A stretch of 64,000 nucleotides of DNA, from assembly GCA_963749595.1 (NCBI GenBank), contig CAVVNJ010000003.1:89532-153531 (forward strand), given 5' to 3'. Source of the stretch: Candidatus Woesebacteria bacterium (GTDB taxonomy: Bacteria > Patescibacteriota > Microgenomatia > UBA1400 > UBA1396). The position numbers and the translations under genes were made by a program. This document shows positions 25,955 through 35,829 of this stretch, in pieces. Within the stretch, counting starts at the first letter, position 1. The number at the start of each line of letters is the position of its first letter. A model generated the notes under the pieces. The model did no database searches, had not been told where the DNA came from, and saw only the letters and a list, made by a program, of their open reading frames with translations.

Positions 25955-27382
25955 ATGGGAAAATTCTATATCACTACGGCCATCCCCTACGTTAACGCCC
26001 GGCCGCATATTGGGCACGCGCTGGAATTCGTACAGGCTGATGTGCTGGCTCGTTTCCATCGTTTGTCTGGTGACGAAACGATGTTATTGTCGGGTGCGGA
26101 CGAGAATTCCCTGAAAAATGTTCAGGCGGCGGAAAAAGAGGGTTTGCCGATTCAAGAATTTCTCGACAAATACTCGCAAATATTCCGTGATTTTGGTAGT
26201 TTGTTAAACACGCAGATCGATCTCTTCCAGCGCGGTTCCGATCAGCAGAGTCATTGGCCGGGAGTACAAAAGTTTTGGCAGCGCTGCCAGGAATCCGGTG
26301 ACTTGTATAAAAAAAGCTATAGCGGTTTGTATTGTGTGGGTTGTGAGTTGTTTTATACTCCGGAGGAATTAATCGACGGTAAATGTCCGATTCACTTACG
26401 CGAACTAGACCGAGTGACCGAAGAAAATTATTTTTTCCGCTTAAGTCGTTATCAGGAGCGGATTAAGCAAGCGATTGAAACCGACGAAGTGCGGATTGTT
26501 CCCGAAAATCGCAAAACGGAAATGCTCCGCTTTATCGAAAAAGGATTGGAAGATTTTTCCGTCTCGCGCACTAAGGAACGGGCGCGCGGAGTGGGTGTGC
26601 CAATACCCGGTGACGACATGCAAGTGATGTACGTCTGGTTCGACGCGCTAAATATTTATTTGACTGGTTTGGGTTTTGGGCAGACTGATGAATCGCGCTG
26701 GCAGAAATTTTGGCCGGCCGACGTCCATGCGATCGGTAAGGATATTCTCCGTTTTCACGCGGTTTATTGGCTGGGCATGTTACTGTCGGCCGGCCTCCCC
26801 TTGCCGAAAATTATTCTCACCCACGGTTTCATTACTAGCGGCGGCCATAAGATGTCCAAGTCCTTGGGAAACGTGATTGATCCCTTCGCGATGGTCGAAA
26901 AGTATGGTGTCGATCCCATTCGTTACTATCTCTTGCGGGAAATCCCAACGCTCGATGATGGTGATTTTTCGGAAACTCGGTTTGTTGAACTTTATACTGC
27001 TGAATTAGCCAATTCTTTGGGTAACACCGCCAGTCGGATTGCTAAGATGGCGGCGAATGTCGGTTATTCTCAATCCTCACCGTCGCTTGACTGGAAATAT
27101 TGGTATCCGGAAGTAAAGACTGCCTTAAACGATACACTCGATATTCGGGCTGGCATCAGTCATATTGTTTCGGTCTTAGCCGATCTTGAGAAGCAAATTG
27201 CGATCGAGAAGCCTTGGACCTGGAAAATCGAAGATGCTCAGAAATTGGAGAAATTTGTCGGCGCTATTTACACTATCGCGTGGAACCTACAACCCTATTT
27301 ACCGTCAACTGCGGAAAAATTACTGGCCCATTTTTCGGAGGGAAAAATTGAACCTTTGACTCCTCTGTTTCCCAGGATGTAA
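25955..27382 (+). CDS. metG: Methionine--tRNA ligase (short form, no C-terminal tRNA-binding domain)
   Basis: 475 aa. FYITTAIPYVNARPHIGHALE (HIGH motif), CVGCELFYTPEEL...GKCPIH knuckle, HKMSKSLGNVIDP (KMSKS motif). Confidence 0.9.
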   Translation: MGKFYITTAIPYVNARPHIGHALEFVQADVLARFHRLSGDETMLLSGADENSLKNVQAAEKEGLPIQEFLDKYSQIFRDFGSLLNTQIDLFQRGSDQQSHWPGVQKFWQRCQESGDLYKKSYSGLYCVGCELFYTPEELIDGKCPIHLRELDRVTEENYFFRLSRYQERIKQAIETDEVRIVPENRKTEMLRFIEKGLEDFSVSRTKERARGVGVPIPGDDMQVMYVWFDALNIYLTGLGFGQTDESRWQKFWPADVHAIGKDILRFHAVYWLGMLLSAGLPLPKIILTHGFITSGGHKMSKSLGNVIDPFAMVEKYGVDPIRYYLLREIPTLDDGDFSETRFVELYTAELANSLGNTASRIAKMAANVGYSQSSPSLDWKYWYPEVKTALNDTLDIRAGISHIVSVLADLEKQIAIEKPWTWKIEDAQKLEKFVGAIYTIAWNLQPYLPSTAEKLLAHFSEGKIEPLTPLFPRM

Positions 27383-27384
27383 CC

Positions 27385-27810
27385 ATGTCGAAAATTGAGA
27401 AAGCCAAAAAGTTCATTGCCGACCCGCTTTATCCGATCAAAGATCGGGCGAACTCTACGAAAGAATTAATCGGCCAATCCCAGACCCTTTTTCTGTGCCA
27501 GGAAAATCCGGAAGCTGAGCTGGTTCTATCAACTATTCCATCGGGTTTTATTCACGCTAGGCTTGATTGTATGGTGACTCACGATGTTAACGGCGAGTTG
27601 AGGTTGGTCGGTGTCAAATATATTGAGATCAATCGTCAAAGCCGACATGCAATCCACCTCTACCGAGATTTTGGGGCGATAAAATGCCGTTTGATCAATG
27701 AAAATCAAAGTTCTTTAACGAAACCGTTTAACGAACTGGAAGAAAAATACCATGTCGCGCGGTTGTTGCCCTGGGCACTTTTAGTTGGCCAATGGGACAG
27801 AATCGACTAG
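27385..27810 (+). CDS. Hypothetical protein (141 aa)
   Basis: Starts 2 nt after the metG stop. No recognisable motifs. Confidence 0.45.
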   Translation: MSKIEKAKKFIADPLYPIKDRANSTKELIGQSQTLFLCQENPEAELVLSTIPSGFIHARLDCMVTHDVNGELRLVGVKYIEINRQSRHAIHLYRDFGAIKCRLINENQSSLTKPFNELEEKYHVARLLPWALLVGQWDRID

Positions 27811-27814
27811 GAAT

Positions 27815-28183
27815 TTAGCGATAATTGGGTTTAACGCCATCATATAAATAAAGATACCGTTCCCAGGCGTCATCGTTCTCGAGGGTGTACCGCAAGGTTA
27901 AAGGACCGCCGCCGACGGCTGTTTCTCCGCTGACCACCAAGTGAGAGGCGTTGGCCAAAGTAAGTATCCGAGTTCCCTTTACCTGGCGACGATCAAGAAG
28001 GTCGAGAATCTCGACCCCAAAAGTGCGAATTACGGCGAATAAAATGCCATAGGCATCAGGAATCCCTTCTCCCATCGGCAGAACCCGATCCTGAAAAATT
28101 TTTGGGGAAATCGTGTCCCAACCGCTGCCGGGTTCATTTTTCCGGGGTAGCGATTTTTCATGATAAGAACAAGTGGCTGCCAT
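27815..28183 (-). CDS. Hypothetical protein (122 aa)
   Basis: Fills the gap convergent with 27385-27810. A weak SD-like AAAGGGG lies upstream of the ATG. Confidence 0.4.
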   Translation of the reverse strand: MAATCSYHEKSLPRKNEPGSGWDTISPKIFQDRVLPMGEGIPDAYGILFAVIRTFGVEILDLLDRRQVKGTRILTLANASHLVVSGETAVGGGPLTLRYTLENDDAWERYLYLYDGVKPNYR

Positions 28184-28241
28184 GATTCACCCCTTTCCGA
28201 GTGCTCTTCCGCTTGGCTCATTATAAACATATAATCCAGTT

Positions 28242-29057
28242 ATGCACCTCGATGAAGCGATTTTTTTGGGATCGGAACGGATTGTGGACACTCATTGTCA
28301 TTACAATCTTGATTCCCTATTTTCTGATTGGCGCGCTCACTGGCAAAAAGCCCAGAAAAATGGGGTGGTGGCCAGCTGGATACCGGGGACCTCGCTCGAG
28401 ACTTCCCGACGGGCGGTCCAGATAGCGGAACAGGATCCCAATCTTTGGGCATTAATTGGTGTTCACCCCGCTGATGAGGAAACCGAACGTGGTTTGATTA
28501 GTTCCACTCTTTCCGAGCTGGAAACCATGATCGAACGGGATCGACTCTGTCCCGATCCGAAGATTATTGGCCTTGGGGAAATCGGTTTGGATTATTTTCG
28601 AATCAGTGCTGACGATCAAGTGGAAAGGGAGCGGCAGCGAGTTTGGTTTAAGGCCCAGTTGGCGCTGGCGAAAAAACATAACCTTTATATTTCCCTGCAC
28701 GTACGCGATAAAACTATTCCCGATCAACCAACATTCGATAATGCCTACTGGGACGTGGTTGAGATTATTCGAAATAGTGAGCCCTTGCCGCCGTTTATTC
28801 TGCACTGTGTGAGCGGCTCCCGCGATTACCTGAAGGCGATGTTGGCGATGGGCGCGTTCGTGGGTTTTGCCGGCAACGTGACTTATCCGAAAGCCGATTC
28901 GATTCGGGAAATTTGGCGAGCCACGCCCGCCGAGCGCCGCCTGATCGAGACCGATGCGCCCTTTTTGGCACCGCAGGCCTATCGCGGCCAACCCTGCGAA
29001 CCATGGATGATTTCCGTCACTGCGGAGTACCTGGCTATGCCAGCCAATCTGGGGTAA
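28242..29057 (+). CDS. tatD: TatD-family metal-dependent hydrolase/DNase
   Basis: VDTHCHYNL, GEIGLDYFR, ISLHVRD, ILHCVSGS, IETDAPFLAP are the canonical TatD metal-ligand motifs. TATAAT at 28230-28235 lies 6 nt upstream of the ATG. Confidence 0.85.
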   Translation: MHLDEAIFLGSERIVDTHCHYNLDSLFSDWRAHWQKAQKNGVVASWIPGTSLETSRRAVQIAEQDPNLWALIGVHPADEETERGLISSTLSELETMIERDRLCPDPKIIGLGEIGLDYFRISADDQVERERQRVWFKAQLALAKKHNLYISLHVRDKTIPDQPTFDNAYWDVVEIIRNSEPLPPFILHCVSGSRDYLKAMLAMGAFVGFAGNVTYPKADSIREIWRATPAERRLIETDAPFLAPQAYRGQPCEPWMISVTAEYLAMPANLG

Positions 29058-29067
29058 AATAACGCTT

Positions 29068-30558
29068 ATGCTGCAACGCTACGTTCGGCGGCACCCGGTG
29101 CGGACTCAACGCTTTTTAGAAATCTTGCCGGGCTTCGTCTCTTGGTCGCTAATTCTTTTCCCATTTTGGGGGTCGCTCTTGATTCCGGCGATTGTGTCTT
29201 ACTATGTCCTGGCCTTCTCGGTTTACTGGCTTTATCGTTCACTAACCATGGCAGTTCTTTCCTTGATGGCCCATTTCCGTATCCGGGCTTCCGAGCGCTA
29301 TCATTGGCTAGCCGATGCGGAGAAGTTGTCGGAGTTCGATCTTGTCCACCACATCATCATTATTCCTACCTACAAAGAGCCGGTCACGACCCTGGAGCGC
29401 ACGTTGGAAGGTTTACTCAAACAGACCTTTCCCCATACACGTTTGCACATCATGATGTCGTTTGAAGAACGCGAGGGTGAAGCGGCCAGGGAGAAGGCCC
29501 GTCATTTGCAGGAGAAGTATGGCTCGGAGTTCGGTGATCTCTGGGCAACTTATCATCCGGACATTGAGGGCGAGGTTAAAGGCAAATCCTCCAATACTTC
29601 TTGGGGAGCAAAGCAGGCCAAGCGGTTGCTGATTGATGACCAGGGTCAGGATATTGCGTACGTGACCATTAGTTCGGAAGACGCCGATGTCATTTTTGAT
29701 CCCCAATATTTTGCCGCCTTAAGTTATGAGTTTCTCACCAATCCCAAGCGGCACAATCGTATTTGGCAGGGTTCGATTCGTTTCTATAATAATATTTGGC
29801 GGGTACCGGCGCCGATCCGAGTTTTGGCCTCGGTTTTTTCGGTCAACCAGATGTTCGTTTTGATGCGCCGCGATCGTATGATTAATTTTTCGTCTTACTC
29901 GGCTTCCCTAAAATTAGTCGATGAGATCGGATATTGGGATACAGATGTAATTCCGGAAGACTACCGACTTTTCTTCAAAGCCTATTTTGCGAAAAAGGGC
30001 GACCTGGAAGTGGAGCCGATCTTCCTGCCAATTCTGGCTGATGCCGCTGAGTCGCATGGCTGGTGGGCCTCGATGCAGAACCAGTATGAACAAATTAAGC
30101 GTTGGGCCTGGGGCGTTTCCGATGACGCCTATATTATTCGGCAATATATTCTGGCCGAGGGGATTCCTTTTTGGGATAAAACAATTCGGGTCATTAAATT
30201 AGTTGAAGATCATTTTTTGTGGCCGGTAAACTGGTTCGCCATCACGATTGGAGCGTTGTTGCCTCCCCTGCTTAATCCGGAATTCAGCCGGACGATCATG
30301 GGTAAGACCTTGCCCCAGGTGACCTCGGCGATTATGACCACGTCTTTGGTGTCATTATTGGTCATTTTCTTTATCGATGCTCAGGCCCGCCCACCCCGTC
30401 CGGCGGATATTCGGTTATGGCGGCGCTGGGTGCAACCGTTGGAGTTTGTGATGCTGCCAGTGATTGGATTCTTCTTTTCTGCCCTACCGGGGATCGATGC
30501 CCATACGCGATTAATGCTCGGCAAGTATATAGAGTACAAAGTGACTGAGAAGGTTTGA
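29068..30558 (+). CDS. Membrane-bound family 2 glycosyltransferase (cellulose-synthase-like architecture)
   Basis: 496 aa. N-terminal TM helices, then HIIIIPTYKEPVTTLERTLEGLLKQTFP (GT-A start), SSEDADVIFDPQYF (DxD region), RWAWGVSDD (QxxRW-like) and C-terminal TM helices. Confidence 0.7.
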   Translation: MLQRYVRRHPVRTQRFLEILPGFVSWSLILFPFWGSLLIPAIVSYYVLAFSVYWLYRSLTMAVLSLMAHFRIRASERYHWLADAEKLSEFDLVHHIIIIPTYKEPVTTLERTLEGLLKQTFPHTRLHIMMSFEEREGEAAREKARHLQEKYGSEFGDLWATYHPDIEGEVKGKSSNTSWGAKQAKRLLIDDQGQDIAYVTISSEDADVIFDPQYFAALSYEFLTNPKRHNRIWQGSIRFYNNIWRVPAPIRVLASVFSVNQMFVLMRRDRMINFSSYSASLKLVDEIGYWDTDVIPEDYRLFFKAYFAKKGDLEVEPIFLPILADAAESHGWWASMQNQYEQIKRWAWGVSDDAYIIRQYILAEGIPFWDKTIRVIKLVEDHFLWPVNWFAITIGALLPPLLNPEFSRTIMGKTLPQVTSAIMTTSLVSLLVIFFIDAQARPPRPADIRLWRRWVQPLEFVMLPVIGFFFSALPGIDAHTRLMLGKYIEYKVTEKV

Positions 30559-30576
30559 TTTTCATAAAATAAAGAT

Positions 30577-30822
30577 ATGTCTGAAAAAGTTTTCGGAACC
30601 CAGGAACACAGTGTGGATCCAAATTTGGAGAGGGATAAGATATTCATAGAGGCATCGGTTCAAATCGGGAATATAGTCGAAAAGCTTGTCGAGAGATACG
30701 CTCAAGAACCAGAAGTGAAGCTTTCTGATGCGGAGATTGGTTTTGCCATTTACCGGGCTCTTCAGAGCTTGCCATTGACCACTATTTTGAGTGAGGTTAA
30801 ACTTTGCCGGAAAAGCAGATAA
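30577..30822 (+). CDS. Hypothetical protein (81 aa)
   Basis: TAAAAT at 30565-30570 lies 6 nt upstream of the ATG. No motifs. Confidence 0.4.
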   Translation: MSEKVFGTQEHSVDPNLERDKIFIEASVQIGNIVEKLVERYAQEPEVKLSDAEIGFAIYRALQSLPLTTILSEVKLCRKSR

Positions 30823-30861
30823 AACTTGATCTAGTGTAATTTACCGAGTTTTTCTAGCTGG

Positions 30862-31428
30862 TTAGCTGGCGCGAGAAACGTAACTGCCGTCTTCGGTATC
30901 GACGATCACTAAGTCGCCTTCTTTGACGAACAATGGGACCATGATTTCGGCCCCCGTTTCAATTGTCGCTGGTTTCTTGGGCGCATTGGCCCGATCGCCA
31001 GCGGTTGCATCTTCGGTGTAGGTAACTTTTAGAGTCACTTTTTTGGGTGGGAAAACACCAATCGGTACTTCGTTAAACATCTGGATATAGCAAGTCATTT
31101 CTTCTTTGAGGAACTTGGCGTAGTCGCCAACCAAATCCGCCTCCACCTCGATTTGTTCAAAAGTGCGTGGGTTCATGAAGACGTAGTTGGTGCCGTCGAA
31201 GTATAGATATTGCATTTCAATCGATTCAATGTCGGCAATTTCCACTTTTTCCGTGGTCTTAAAAGTGAACTCGACCGTTGCGCCAGTTTTAATGCTCTTC
31301 AGCCGTGAACGCGTGAAAGCCGAGCCTTTGCCTGGGCTAACGAAATCGGCCATCATGACCTGATGCGGCGTGCCATGAAAAATAATGTACATGCCCTTTT
31401 TGAGGTTTCCACCGTTCGTGTATGACAT
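30862..31428 (-). CDS. efp: Elongation factor P
   Basis: 188 aa. GMYIIFHGTPHQVMMADFVSPGKGSAFTRSRLKSIKTG contains the modifiable Lys34 loop (PGKGSAF). Three-domain EF-P length. TATAAT (31437-31442, reverse strand) lies 8 nt upstream of the ATG. Confidence 0.92.
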   Translation of the reverse strand: MSYTNGGNLKKGMYIIFHGTPHQVMMADFVSPGKGSAFTRSRLKSIKTGATVEFTFKTTEKVEIADIESIEMQYLYFDGTNYVFMNPRTFEQIEVEADLVGDYAKFLKEEMTCYIQMFNEVPIGVFPPKKVTLKVTYTEDATAGDRANAPKKPATIETGAEIMVPLFVKEGDLVIVDTEDGSYVSRAS

Positions 31429-31451
31429 AGAGGCCTATTATACTCCTCAGG

Positions 31452-32495
31452 TTAACTGGCTTGGGGCGCCCACATTTCCGTGGCCGGAAAGAACAAAGTT
31501 TCTTGAATGGTTTTAGCGTCCAAGAACAACATTACCAAGCGGTCGACTCCGACGGCGATACCGGCACAAGGTGGGAGGCCTGAGCGTAAAGCGGCAATAA
31601 AATCCTGATCAATGTCAAAAAGGGTCCGACCAAGCCTCTCTTTTTCTTTCCGATCCGCTTGCAAGCGGCGCAACTGTTCGTCTGCATCGGTCAGCTCGCT
31701 GAAGGCATTGCCCAGCTCCAAACCAGCGACGTAAAATTCGAATCGTTCGGCAAAGCGCGAATCAGACGCTTTCCGTCGCGAAAGCGCTGCCATTTCGGCG
31801 GGATACTCGTACAAAATGGTCGGTTTCCCTTGTCCCAATTTCGGCTCGATTTCGTTGAGAAAAATTTGGTCGAAGGCTTGTTCCCAAGTCGTATTTTGGT
31901 CAATGGCATAACCTTTTTCACTAGCTTTAGCCAAGAGTTTTTTGGGGTGGAGCATGGTTTCGACATCGATGTCGGCAAAACGAGCAAAAGCTTCCGTCAT
32001 AGTGAGTCGTTCCCACGGTCCGGTTATATCGATTAATTGTCCGCGAAAATGGAGCTCTGTTTGTCCCAAGCGCTGCGCAATAAAACGGAATAAATTTTCA
32101 CAATCAGCCATGATCTGGGTGTAGTCGGCATGAGTGCGATACCACTCGATAATGGTGAACTCGGGATTATGGCGGCTGCTCCACCCCTCCTGGTTGCGAT
32201 AGCTTTTGCAGATCTGAAAAATGTTTTCGTAGCCGGCAGCCAGTAACTTTTTCAGGGAAAATTCAGGACTGGAGGTTAAGAAAGCGCGGTACGAATTTTG
32301 TTGTTCGTCAAGTAAGGTTGTTTCAAAAACCTCAAGGTAAGGTTCCATGCTGGGTAGGCTAACCAATTGTGGCGTTTCGACTTCGAGAAAATCCTGCTCC
32401 CAAAAGAAATCACGGATCGCTTTGATTATTAGCGATCGTTGCGCCATCTTCTGACGCAGTTTTGGATCATCGCGAAGTTTTTCCCAGGTTTTCAT
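31452..32495 (-). CDS. epmA: EF-P lysine-34 lysyltransferase EpmA (GenX/PoxA, class II LysRS paralog)
   Basis: 347 aa. FLEVETPQLV, SSPEFSLKKLLAAGYENIFQICKSYRNQEG, HNPEFTIIEWYR, RFEFYVAGLELGNAFSELTD, GIAVGVDRLVML are class II aaRS core motifs without an anticodon domain. It sits directly upstream of efp. Confidence 0.8.
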   Translation of the reverse strand: MKTWEKLRDDPKLRQKMAQRSLIIKAIRDFFWEQDFLEVETPQLVSLPSMEPYLEVFETTLLDEQQNSYRAFLTSSPEFSLKKLLAAGYENIFQICKSYRNQEGWSSRHNPEFTIIEWYRTHADYTQIMADCENLFRFIAQRLGQTELHFRGQLIDITGPWERLTMTEAFARFADIDVETMLHPKKLLAKASEKGYAIDQNTTWEQAFDQIFLNEIEPKLGQGKPTILYEYPAEMAALSRRKASDSRFAERFEFYVAGLELGNAFSELTDADEQLRRLQADRKEKERLGRTLFDIDQDFIAALRSGLPPCAGIAVGVDRLVMLFLDAKTIQETLFFPATEMWAPQAS

Positions 32496-32540
32496 CCCCA
32501 GTATTGTAATACAATATCCGCATAAATCGGGATCGACCTT

Positions 32541-33398
32541 ATGATGGACTACGCATTTTTAGATAGTGGCGACGGCCGCAAATTGGAACGTTTTGGCGCC
32601 TACGTACTTGATCGGCCGGAAATAAAGACCTCCCGTTGGCGGCCCAAGTTATCGGCGCAAGAATGGGCCCAAGCCGATGCGCGCTTTGAGGAGAAGTCAA
32701 AGGATCGGGGTGAGTGGAAATTAAATCACCCGATTCCGGAAGAATGGACGATTCTTGGGGAAGGTCTGACCTTAGCCTTAAAACTGACGCCGTTCAAGCA
32801 CGTGGGGATTTTTCCGGAACAGCTTGAGCAATGGGCCTGGTTGAAGACGACAATTCAGGCCGCGCAAGCCGAGCGGAGTGAGCCGATCAAGGTTTTGAAT
32901 CTTTTCGCCTATACAGGCGCGGCGACCCTGGTTTGCGCCGCGGCGGGGGCGGCGGTGACGCACGTTGAAGCCTCCCGCTCTACCCTTTCCTGGGCGCGCC
33001 ACAATGCTGAGCTGAGCGGCCTCGCCGCGGCGCCGATCCGCTGGATTCCGGAGGACGCGCTAACCTTTTTACGTCGGCTGAAAAAACGGGGCGAAAAATA
33101 TGATGGGATTATTCTCGACCCGCCACTCTATGGTATCGGACCGGGTGGGCAGCGCTGGCAGTTTGCCAAAAACATCGACGAAACCCTGAAACTGTGCCAG
33201 GGAATATTGTCGGATCAGCCCCTATTTTTGCTGCTCAACGACTATGCGGAAAGTCGCTTGCCGGAGAGATGGTCAAAAGATCTGAGTAATCTGTTTTCTG
33301 GCTTGGGTAACGTCGATGCCGGTCGCCTTAAGTTGATCTCCGAATCTGGCACGGCTGACCTACAGACCGGAACCTGGGTGCGTTGGAGCCAAACTTGA
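32541..33398 (+). CDS. Class I SAM-dependent methyltransferase (RlmI/YccW-like)
   Basis: VLNLFAYTGAATLVCAAAGAAVTHVEASRSTLSWARHNAELSGL and YDGIILDPPLYG are typical of this methyltransferase group. Confidence 0.65.
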   Translation: MMDYAFLDSGDGRKLERFGAYVLDRPEIKTSRWRPKLSAQEWAQADARFEEKSKDRGEWKLNHPIPEEWTILGEGLTLALKLTPFKHVGIFPEQLEQWAWLKTTIQAAQAERSEPIKVLNLFAYTGAATLVCAAAGAAVTHVEASRSTLSWARHNAELSGLAAAPIRWIPEDALTFLRRLKKRGEKYDGIILDPPLYGIGPGGQRWQFAKNIDETLKLCQGILSDQPLFLLLNDYAESRLPERWSKDLSNLFSGLGNVDAGRLKLISESGTADLQTGTWVRWSQT

Positions 33399-34036
33399 AG
33401 CCATTGCCAGCCTATTACTCCCTGGTGCGGACCGAATTATTCGATTTCATTCCGAAAGGCACGAAATCAATTCTCGAAGTTGGTTGTGGTAGCGGCGCTA
33501 CGCTGGCGCAGCTAAAACGGATTGGCAAGGCTAAGCGGGTGGTGGGTATTGAAATCAGCCCGATTGCGGCGCAACGGGCCAGAAAAATGTTGGATGCCGT
33601 TTATCAAGGTGATATTGAACGCGACTCTTTTCCGTTGCGCCGCGGCCAGTTCAACATTATTCTTTTTCCCGATGTTTTAGAGCATCTAATCGACCCCTGG
33701 TCAGTACTAAAAAAAATGCGCTCGTACTTAAAGCCTGGTGGAAAAATCATTGTCAGTGTTCCCAATATCCGCCATTTCACCGTTCTCCGCGATCTAATTT
33801 GGCACGGTGATTGGCGGTATTCCGACGCCGGCATTATGGATCGGACGCACTTGCGTTTCTTTACCCGTCGGACGATTATCGAAGCGTTGGAATTGGCTGG
33901 TTATGAAGTGGAGCAAAGTAAAACTAACGGCGGCGAACTAACTGGTTGGAAGCGCTGGCTGGATCGGCTTTCCGGCGGCCGGTTGGCTCCATGGTTTGTC
34001 GCCCAGTATCTTCTCTTGGCAAAGGTTAAACCTTAG
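33383..34036 (+). CDS. Class I SAM-dependent methyltransferase
   Basis: SILEVGCGSGATLAQLK (motif I), FNIILFPDVLEHL, GGKIIVSVPN. Confidence 0.7.
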   Translation: MEPNLKPLPAYYSLVRTELFDFIPKGTKSILEVGCGSGATLAQLKRIGKAKRVVGIEISPIAAQRARKMLDAVYQGDIERDSFPLRRGQFNIILFPDVLEHLIDPWSVLKKMRSYLKPGGKIIVSVPNIRHFTVLRDLIWHGDWRYSDAGIMDRTHLRFFTRRTIIEALELAGYEVEQSKTNGGELTGWKRWLDRLSGGRLAPWFVAQYLLLAKVKP

Positions 34037-34045
34037 CCTGGTGAT

Positions 34046-34642
34046 TTATCCCAGTCGTTGCTCGACCTCGGCCCAATTTATCACGTTCCACCAGGCGGTA
34101 ATGTACTCCGGCCGACGGTTCTGGTATTTCAGATAATAGGCATGTTCCCAAACGTCTAGTCCTAGTAACGGCACTAGTCCTTGCATCAACGGACTGTCTT
34201 GATTGGGAGTCGTGACGATTTTCAGTGTGCCGCTTTCATTGACCAGCCAGGCCCAGCCCGAGCCGAATACCCCGGTCGCCGTTTCAGTAAATTTGGTTTG
34301 GAAAGCTGACCAATCGCCAAAGTGTTGCTCGATTTCTTGTTTAATTTTCTCACCGGGAGGTGTGATTTTTGGCGTCAAGCTTTCCCAGAACAGCGAATGA
34401 TTATGGTGGCCACCGCCATGATTGCGTACCGCGGTCCGAATATCTTCCGGCACCAGATTGAGATTGCCCAGCAGCTCTGTCAATGGCTTTTCCGCAATCT
34501 CCGGATGTTTGGCCAGCGCCTCATTGAGCTTGGTCACATAAGTCTGATGATGCTTAGTGTGATGAATTTCCATCGTTGGCGCATCGAAATGCGGTTCTAA
34601 CGCCGAATATTCAAATGGCAGCTGCGGTAAGGTATAGGTCAT
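34046..34642 (-). CDS. Fe/Mn superoxide dismutase
   Basis: [66 protein letters not shown] strong SD (AAAGGAGAG) lies upstream. Confidence 0.93.
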   Translation of the reverse strand: MTYTLPQLPFEYSALEPHFDAPTMEIHHTKHHQTYVTKLNEALAKHPEIAEKPLTELLGNLNLVPEDIRTAVRNHGGGHHNHSLFWESLTPKITPPGEKIKQEIEQHFGDWSAFQTKFTETATGVFGSGWAWLVNESGTLKIVTTPNQDSPLMQGLVPLLGLDVWEHAYYLKYQNRRPEYITAWWNVINWAEVEQRLG

Positions 34643-34731
34643 CGTCTCTCCTTTGGATAACTGGATCGATTAGCTCATCATTAAAGATAAGCTACTTCAC
34701 TAACTCACTATAACCCGAAACCGATAAAAAC

Positions 34732-35037
34732 TCAACCCAGCATCGCTTTGAGCTGAGTGGCACCGCGACTCATGGCTGCGGTTTGGTCGGCGACCATGTT
34801 TTCGTAGTTGTCGACTAGGCCGTCAGTCAAACGGTCAACGGCCGTTGCGGCCTGAGCGTAAGCATCGGCGAAGAAGGCTTCTTCGATTTGGAGGCTGGCC
34901 AGAAAGGTATCGAACTCGACCAGATCTTCCTTAGACAATGCTTCCGGCAGGTTGCCAAGATGTTCCTGAATGGTTTGCATTAGTTCGGCGCTAAGGCCGG
35001 AGCTTTGAAGTGAAGAAAGGATTTCGTGTTTGTTCAT
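34732..35037 (-). CDS. Hypothetical protein (101 aa)
   Basis: SD AAGGAG lies 5 nt upstream of the ATG. Acidic and helical. Confidence 0.45.
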   Translation of the reverse strand: MNKHEILSSLQSSGLSAELMQTIQEHLGNLPEALSKEDLVEFDTFLASLQIEEAFFADAYAQAATAVDRLTDGLVDNYENMVADQTAAMSRGATQLKAMLG

Positions 35038-35046
35038 GCTTACTCC

Positions 35047-35829
35047 TTATTTTTTCATCAATTCTTGACCGGCAATGGCGTTAACCAGACGGCGACGAAA
35101 ACCAGATAAAACATTACTATTTTCAGATGCTTTCTTCCCATCATTAAGCGTTTCCTGTTTTTCTTGTTCTAGTTCATCAATCACCTCTTGCCGTTTTCCT
35201 GCAAGTCGACTATCGGTTTCGCGAATGCCCTTGGCTTTCTCGGCTGCCTTCCTAGCCTTATCCTCTAGTTTGCTGGCGCGCATCTTGTTAAATGCCGATC
35301 GCTTTTCACCCACAAGCTCTATCGTCTTGATTTCCGTAGACGTAATTTTTGCCGCCAGATCAAAAAGTGAAAAATGCAGTTCTTTAATCACTAGATCCAT
35401 GTTGTCATGGAAGCTCTCCGCCCAGCGCTCGTCGCGTTCTGTCATGTTGATACGTGCTTGAGCGATGGTATTATCTACCTTATCGGCAATGATAATCGCG
35501 CCTTCAGCGAGTCGTGCCGGAGACTCAAGCGTTCTTTGGATGGTGGTGTCGACAACGTTGTCCACTTTTCGCAAGGCATTATCAAACCAGCCCTTAACTG
35601 CTGCCCAAGAATCACTGCCTCTTGTAGCACTGCTTTCGGCAGCCTTTACCACAGCTACCTTTTTTTCACCTAGTGATTTAGCCCGTGCTTCTCTGCTGGC
35701 TTGAATTTGTTCAGATTTGGTTTTTGGAACTGGCGGTTTTGTTTCCACCGGCGCATCTCCGGCATCAAAACCTACCTGGTTAAAATCTGTATATTCCGTA
35801 AAATCATGATCAGATTTGGTTGCTTCCAT
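35047..35829 (-). CDS. Hypothetical coiled-coil protein (260 aa)
   Basis: SD AAGGAGAG upstream. Charged, low-complexity helical sequence. Confidence 0.5.
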   Translation of the reverse strand: MEATKSDHDFTEYTDFNQVGFDAGDAPVETKPPVPKTKSEQIQASREARAKSLGEKKVAVVKAAESSATRGSDSWAAVKGWFDNALRKVDNVVDTTIQRTLESPARLAEGAIIIADKVDNTIAQARINMTERDERWAESFHDNMDLVIKELHFSLFDLAAKITSTEIKTIELVGEKRSAFNKMRASKLEDKARKAAEKAKGIRETDSRLAGKRQEVIDELEQEKQETLNDGKKASENSNVLSGFRRRLVNAIAGQELMKK

